The position numbers were made by a program, and so were the translations under genes. A stretch of DNA of 64,000 nt, taken from positions 23,814,401 to 23,878,400 of the forward strand of contig CM120641.1 of assembly GCA_051362555.1 (NCBI GenBank), written 5' to 3'. The stretch comes from Lingula anatina. Taxonomy: Eukaryota; Animalia; Brachiopoda. Each line of letters starts with the position of its first letter. Within the stretch, counting starts at the first letter, position 1. The notes under the pieces were generated by a model. It ran no database searches, had not been told where the DNA came from, and worked only from the letters and a program-made list of their open reading frames with translations. Of this stretch, positions 56,501 to 64,000 are shown piece by piece.

Positions 56501-59500
56501 GAAAATCAATTTACCACACCTATCATTCATAAAAAATGTGGAAACGCGCCCGGATCACTTCATTAAAGCCCCCAATTTCAGCTTTAAAGATTGCCAGAAA
56601 GCACACCTGAGAACAGGATTAGGAGAGGGGGGGGGGTGGAGAGAGTTTTTGCTCTATTTCTTCCTTAATAAAGATACAACCACTATTTCAGTACTTTACC
56701 CTCACTACAAATGACCAAACACACCTACCTGACACAATATTGAAGAAAAAAAATTTTCATCCCTACCTGGCCAAAATTGAAGAAAACTGCCATATCCGGA
56801 CCTTACAAAAATCACTCAAAATCACCCAAAAATGACCCATCACCAATTTTTCCAAAAAGTGATGAAAATCAATTTACCACACCTATCATTCATAAAAAAT
56901 GTGGAAACGCACCCGGATCACTTCATTAAAGCCCCCAATTTCAGCTTTAAAGATTGCCAGAAAGCACACCTGAGAACAGGATTTGGAGAGTGGGGGGGTG
57001 GAAAGAGTTTTTGCTCTATTTCTTCCGTACTAATGATACAACCACTCTTTCAGTACTTTACCCTCACTACAAATAACCAAACACACCTACCTGACACAAT
57101 ATTGAAGAAAAAAAATTTTCATCCCTACCTGGCCAAAATTGAAGAAAACTGCCATATCCGGACCTTACGAAAATCACTCAAATTCAACCAAAAATGACCC
57201 GTCACCAATTTTTCCAAAAAGTGATGAAAATCAATTTACCACACCTATCATTCATAAAAAATGTGGAAACGCGCCCGGATCACTACATTAAAGCCCCCAA
57301 TTTCAGCTTTAAAGATTGCAAAAAAGCACACCTGAGAACAGGATTTGGAGAGGGGGGGGTGGAGAGAGTTTTTGCTCTATTTCTTCCTTAATAATGATAC
57401 AACCACTCTTTCAGTACTTTACCCTCACTACAAATGACCAAACACACCTACCTGACACAATATTGAAGAAAAAAAATTTTCATCCCTACCTGGCCAAAAT
57501 TGAAGAAAACTGCCATATCCGGACCTTACGAAAATCACTCAAAATCAACCAAAAATGACCCGTCACCAATTTTTCCAAAAAGTGATGAAAATCAATTTAC
57601 CACACCTATCATTTATAAAAAATGTGGAAACGTGCCCAGATAACTTCATTAAAGCCCCCAATTTCAGCTTTAAAGATTGCAAGAAAGCACACCTGAGAAC
57701 AGGATTTGGAGGGGGGGGGGGGGTGGAGAGAGTTTTTGCTCTATTTCTTCCTTAATAATGATACAACCACTCTTTCAGTACTTTACCCTCACTACAAATG
57801 ACCAAACACACCTACCTGACACAATATTGAAGAAAAAAATTTTTCATCCCTACCTGGCCAAAATTGAAGAAAACTGCCATATCCGGACCTTACAAAAATC
57901 ACTCAAAATCACCCAAAAATGACCCGTCACCAATTTTTCCAAAAAGTGATGAAAATCAATTTACCACACCTATCATTCATAAAAAATGTGGAAACGAGCC
58001 CGGATCACTTCATTAAAGCCCCCAATTTCAGCTTTAAAGATTGCCAGAAAGCACACCTGAGAACAGGATTTGGAGAGGGGGGGGGGGGTGGAGAGAGTTT
58101 TTGCTCTATTTCTTCCTTAATAAAGATACAACCACTCTTTCAGTACTTTACCCTCACTACAAATGACCAAACACACCTACCTGACACAATATTGAAGAAA
58201 AAAAATTTTCATCCCTACCTGGCCAAAATTGAAGAAAACTGCCTTACAAAAATCACTCAAAATCACCCAAAAATGACCCGTCACCAATTTTTCCAAAAAG
58301 TGATGAAAATCAATTTACCACACCTATCATTCATAAAAAATGTGGAAACGCACCCGGATCATTTCATTAAAGCCCCCAATTTCAGCTTTAAAGATTGCCA
58401 GAAAGCACACCTGAGAACAGGATTTGGAGAGTGGGGGGGTGGAGAGAGTTTTTGCTCTATTTCTTCCTTACTAATGATACAACCACTCTTTCAGTACTTT
58501 ACCCTCACTACAAATGACCAAACACACCTACCTGACACAATATTGAAGAAAAAAAATTTTCATCCCTACCTGGCCAAAATTGAAGAAAACTGCCATATCC
58601 GGACCTTACGAAAATCACTCAAATTCACCCAAAAATGACCCGTCACCAATTTTTCCAAAAAGTGATGAAAATCAATTTACCACACCTATCATTCATAAAA
58701 AATGTGGAAACGTGCCCAGATAACTTCATTAAAGCCCCCAATTTCAGCTTTAAAGATTGCCAGAAAGCACACCTGAGAACAGGATTTGGAGAGGGGGGGG
58801 GTGGAGAAAGATTTTGCTCTATTTCTTCCTTAATAATGATACAACCACTCTTTCAGTACCTTACCCTCACTACAAATGACCAAACACACCTACCTGACAC
58901 AATATTGAAGAAAAAAATTTTTCATCCCTACCTGGCCAAAATTGAAGAAAACTGCCAAACCCGGACCTAACGAAAATCACTCAAAATCACCCAAAAATGA
59001 CCCGTCACAAATTTTTCCAAAAAGTGATGAAAATCAATTTACCACACCTATCATTCATAAAAAATGTGGAAACGCACCCGGATCACTTCATTAAAGCCCC
59101 CAATTTCAGCTTTAAAGATTGCCAGAAAGCACACCTGAGAACAGGATTTGGAGAGTGGGGGGATGGAGAGAGTTTTTGCTCTATTTCTTCCTTACTAATG
59201 ATACAACCACTCTTTCAGTACTTTACCCTCACTACAAATGACCAAACACACCTACCTGACACAATATTGAAGAAAAAAATTTTTCATCCCTACCTGGCCA
59301 AAATTGAAGAAAACTGCCATATCCGGACCTTACGAAAATCACTCAAATTCACCCAAAAATGACCCGTCACCAATTTTTCCAAAAAGTGATGAAAATCAAT
59401 TTACCACACCTATCATTCATAAAAAATGTGGAAACGCGCCCGGATCACTACATTAAAGCCCCCAATTTCAGCTTTAAAGATTGCAAGAAAGCACACCTGA

Positions 59501-62500
59501 GAACAGGATTTGGAGAGGGGGGGGTGGAGAGAGTTTTTGCTCTATTTCTTCCTTAATAATGATACAACCACTCTTTCAGTACTTTACCCTCACTACAAAT
59601 GACCAAACACACCTACCTGACACAATATTGAAGAAAAAAAATTTTCATCCCTACCTGGCCAAAATTGAAGAAAACTGCCATATCCGGACCTTACGAAAAT
59701 CACTCAAAATCACCCAAAAATGACCCGTCACAAATTTTTCCAAAAAGTGATGAAAATCAATTTACCACACCTATCATTCATAAAAAATGTGGAAACGCGC
59801 CCAGATCACTTCATTAAAGCCCCCAATTTCAGCTTTAAAGATTGCCAGAAAGCACACCTGAGAACAGGATTTGGAGAGTGGGGGGGTGGAGAGAGTTTTT
59901 GCTCTATTTCTTCCTTACTAATGATACAACCACTCTTTCAGTACTTTACCCTCACTACAAATGACCAAACACACCTACCTGACACAATATTGAAGAAAAA
60001 AAATTTTCATCCCTACCTGGCCAAAATTGAAGAAAACTGCCATATCCGGACCTTACGAAAATCACTCAAAATCAACCAAAAATGACCCGTCACCAATTTT
60101 TCCAAAAAGTGATGAAAATCAATTTACCACACCTATCATTCATAAAAAATGTGGAAACGCGCCCGGATCACTTCATTAAAGCCCCCAATTTCAGCTTTAA
60201 AGATTGCCAGAAAGCACACCTGAGAACAGGATTTGGAGAGTGGGGGGGTGGAGAGAGTTTTTGCTCTATTTCTTCCTTACTAATGATACAACCACTCTTT
60301 CAGTACTTTACCCTCACTACAAATGACCAAACACACCTACCTGACACAATATTGAAGAAAAAAATTTTTCATCCCTACCTGGCCAAAATTGAAGAAAACT
60401 GCCATATCCGGACCTTACGAAAATCACTCAAATTCACCCAAAAATGACCCGTCACCAATTTTTCCAAAAAGTGATGAAAATCAATTTACCACACCTATCA
60501 TTCATAAAAAATGTGGAAACGCGCCCGGATCACTACATTAAAGCCCCCAATTTCAGCTTTAAAGATTGCAAGAAAGCACACCTGAGAACAGGATTTGGAG
60601 AGGGGGGGGTGGAGAGAGTTTTTGCTCTATTTCTTCCTTAATAATGATACAACCACTCTTTCAGTACTTTACCCTCACTACAAATGACCAAACACACCTA
60701 CCTGACACAATATTGAAGAAAAAAAAATTTCATCCCTACCTGGCCAAAATTGAAGAAAACTGCCATATCCGGACCTTACGAAAATCACTCAAAATCACCC
60801 AAAAATGACCCGTCACAAATTTTTCCAAAAAGTGATGAAAATCAATTTACCACACCTATCATTCATAAAAAATGTGGAAACGCGCCCAGATCACTTCATT
60901 AAAGCCCCCAATTTCAGCTTTAAAGATTGCCAGAAAGCACACCTGAGAACAGGATTTGGAGAGTGGGGGGGTGGAGAGAGTTTTTGCTCTATTTCTTCCT
61001 TACTAATGATACAACCACTCTTTCAGTACTTTACCCTCACTACAAATGACCAAACACACCTACCTGACACAATATTGAAGAAAAAACATTTTTCATCCCT
61101 ACCTGGCCAAAATTGAAGAAAACTGCCATATCCGGACCTTACGAAAATCACTCAAAATCACCCAAAAATGACCCGTCACAAATTTTTCCAAAAAGTTATG
61201 AAAATCAATTTACCACACCTATCATTCATAAAAAATGTGGAAACGCGCCCGGATCACTTCATTAAAGCCCCCAATTTCAGCTTTAAAGATTGCCAGAAAG
61301 CACACCTGAGAACAGGATTAGGAGAGGGGGGGGGGGGGTGGAGAGAGTTTTTGCTCTATTTCTTCCTTAATAAAGATACAACCACTATTTCAGTACTTTA
61401 CCCTCACTACAAATGACCAAACACACCTACCTGACACAATATTGAAGAAAAAAAATTTTCATCCCTACCTGGCCAAAATTGAAGAAAACTGCCATATCCG
61501 GACCTTACAAAAATCACTCAAAATCACCCAAAAATGACCCATCACCAATTTTTCCAAAAAGTGATGAAAATCAATTTACCACACCTATCATTCATAAAAA
61601 ATGTGGAAACGCACCCTTATCACTTCATTAAAGCCCCCAATTTCAGCTTTAAAGATTGCCAGAAAGCACACCTGAGAACAGGATTTGGAGAGTGGGGGGG
61701 TGGAGAGAGTTTTTGCTCTATTTCTTCCTTACTAATGATACAACCACTCTTTCAGTACTTTACCCTCACTACAAATGACCAAACACACCTACCTGACACA
61801 ATATTGAAGAAAAAAAATTTTCATCCCTACCTGGCCAAAATTGAAGAAAACTGCCATATCCGGACCTTACGAAAATCACTCAAATTCACCCAAAAATGAC
61901 CCGTCACCAATTTTTCCAAAAAGTGATGAAAATCAATTTACCACACCTATCATTCATAAAAAATGTGGAAACGCGCCCGGATCACTACATTAAAGCCCCC
62001 AATTTCAGCTTTAAAGATTGCAAGAAAGCACACCTGAGAACAGGATTTGGAGAGGGGGGGTGGAGAGAGTTTTTGCTCTATTTCTTCCTTAATAATGATA
62101 CAACCACTCTTTCAGTACTTTACCCTCACTACAAATGACCAAACACACCTACCTGACACAATATTGAAGAAAAAAATTTTTCATCCCTACCTGGCCAAAA
62201 TTGAAGAAAACTGCCATATCCGGACCTTACGAAAATCACTCAAATTCACCCAAAAATGACCCGTCACCAATTTTTCCAAAAAGTGATGAAAATCAATTTA
62301 CCACACCTATCATTCATAAAAAATGTGGAAACGCGCCCGGATCACTACATTAAAGCCCCCAATTTCAGCTTTAAAGATTGCAAGAAAGCACACCTGAGAA
62401 CAGGATTTGGAGAGGGGGGGGGTGGAGAGAGTTTTTGCTCTATTTCTTCCTTAATAATGATACAACCACTCTTTCAGTACTTTACCCTCACTACAAATGA

Positions 62501-64000
62501 CCAAACACACCTACCTGACACAATATTGAAGAAAAAAAAATTTCATCCCTACCTGGCCAAAATTGAAGAAAACTGCCATATCCGGACCTTACGAAAATCA
62601 CTCAAAATCACCCAAAAATGACCCGTCACAAATTTTTCCAAAAAGTGATGAAAATCAATTTACCACACCTATCATTCATAAAAAATGTGGAAACGCGCCC
62701 AGATCACTTCATTAAAGCCCCCAATTTCAGCTTTAAAGATTGCCAGAAAGCACACCTGAGAACAGGATTTGGAGAGTGGGGGGGTGGAGAGAGTTTTTGC
62801 TCTATTTCTTCCTTACTAATGATACAACCACTCTTTCAGTACTTTACCCTCACTACAAATGACCAAACACACCTACCTGACACAATATTGAAGAAAAACA
62901 TTTTTCATCCCTACCTGGCCAAAATTGAAGAAAACTGCCATATCCGGACCTTACGAAAATCACTCAAAATCACCCAAAAATGACCCGTCACAAATTTTTC
63001 CAAAAAGTTATGAAAATCAATTTACCACACCTATCATTCATAAAAAATGTGGAAACGCGCCCGGATCACTTCATTAAAGCCCCCAATTTCAGCTTTAAAG
63101 ATTGCCAGAAAGCACACCTGAGAACAGGATTAGGAGAGGGGGGGGGGTGGAGAGAGTTTTTGCTCTATTTCTTCCTTAATAAAGATACAACCACTATTTC
63201 AGTACTTTACCCTCACTACAAATGACCAAACACACCTACCTGACACAATATTGAAGAAAAAAAATTTTCATCCCTACCTGGCCAAAATTGAAGAAAACTG
63301 CCATATCCGGACCTTACAAAAATCACTCAAAATCACCCAAAAATGACCCATCACCAATTTTTCCAAAAAGTGATGAAAATCAATTTACCACACCTATCAT
63401 TCATAAAAAATGTGGAAACGCACCCGGATCACTTCATTAAAGCCCCCAATTTCAGCTTTAAAGATTGCCAGAAAGCACACCTGAGAACAGGATTTGGAGA
63501 GTGGGGGGGTGGAAAGAGTTTTTGCTCTATTTCTTCCGTACTAATGATACAACCACTCTTTCAGTACTTTACCCTCACTACAAATAACCAAACACACCTA
63601 CCTGACACAATATTGAAGAAAAAAAATTTTCATCCCTACCTGGCCAAAATTGAAGAAAACTGCCATATCCGGACCTTACGAAAATCACTCAAATTCAACC
63701 AAAAATGACCCGTCACCAATTTTTCCAAAAAGTGATGAAAATCAATTTACCACACCTATCATTCATAAAAAATGTGGAAACGCGCCCGGATCACTACATT
63801 AAAGCCCCCAATTTCAGCTTTAAAGATTGCAAAAAAGCACACCTGAGAACAGGATTTGGAGAGGGGGGGGTGGAGAGAGTTTTTGCTCTATTTCTTCCTT
63901 AATAATGATACAACCACTCTTTCAGTACTTTACCCTCACTACAAATGACCAAACACACCTACCTGACACAATATTGAAGAAAAAAAATTTTCATCCCTAC
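53572..64000 (+). repeat. 18-monomer tandem block duplication (period ~6510 bp; second copy truncated by the window) with a nested 5-mer duplication
   Basis: Private markers 'cacccttatc' at 55101 and ~61612, and 'gaaagagtt...ccgtac' at ~57001 and ~63512. Inside each copy, 53934/54295/54658 are repeated at 55745/56107/56469. Confidence 0.9.

Larger units (their letters stand above)
1..64000. repeat. Tandem satellite DNA array of ~362-bp monomers (~177 copies), probably eukaryotic (peri)centromeric; extends beyond both window edges
   Basis: The anchor 'aaaaatgacccgtca' recurs at 137, 489, 851, 1212, 1575, 1937 ... 63343, 63705, mostly 360-366 bp apart. Monomers differ by a few SNPs and homopolymer lengths, with no intervening unique DNA. 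The satellite call is direct; the centromeric role is inferred. Confidence 0.98.

Noticed and set aside
137-63902. About 250 predicted ORFs as a protein-coding gene array or phase-variable locus
   Set aside because: All are translations of one satellite monomer. Frameshifts, stops and start loss (35210, 40608) are propagated, variants are mostly non-synonymous, and there is no recognisable domain, promoter or RBS.
1-64000. CRISPR array, integron cassette array or DGR/retron-type repeat system
   Set aside because: There are no unique spacers or variable cargo between repeats and no cas, integrase or reverse transcriptase gene; the entire unit is repeated.

Overview
The whole 64 kb window is one uninterrupted, head-to-tail tandem satellite array of about 177 monomers, all in the same orientation. 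The modal monomer is 362 bp (360-366 bp from G- and A-tract variation), with a 351-356 bp class that carries an 11-bp deletion. I see no genes, RNA genes, transposons, CRISPR arrays, inversions or unique sequence. Every ORF in the supplied track is a translation of this one monomer. Monomers differ by only a few diagnostic SNPs, which define subtypes arranged in nested, irregular higher-order repeats (2-, 4-, 5-, 6-, 7-, 9-, 15-, 18- and 26-monomer offsets). Notable features are a CENP-B-box-like 17-mer (8/9 core bases) in one subtype, an excess of CpG transitions, phased A-tracts, and a frame open across the whole monomer with ATGA stop/start overlaps. The array looks like eukaryotic centromeric or pericentromeric satellite DNA. 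I cannot identify the organism or satellite family, and all counts were made by eye.
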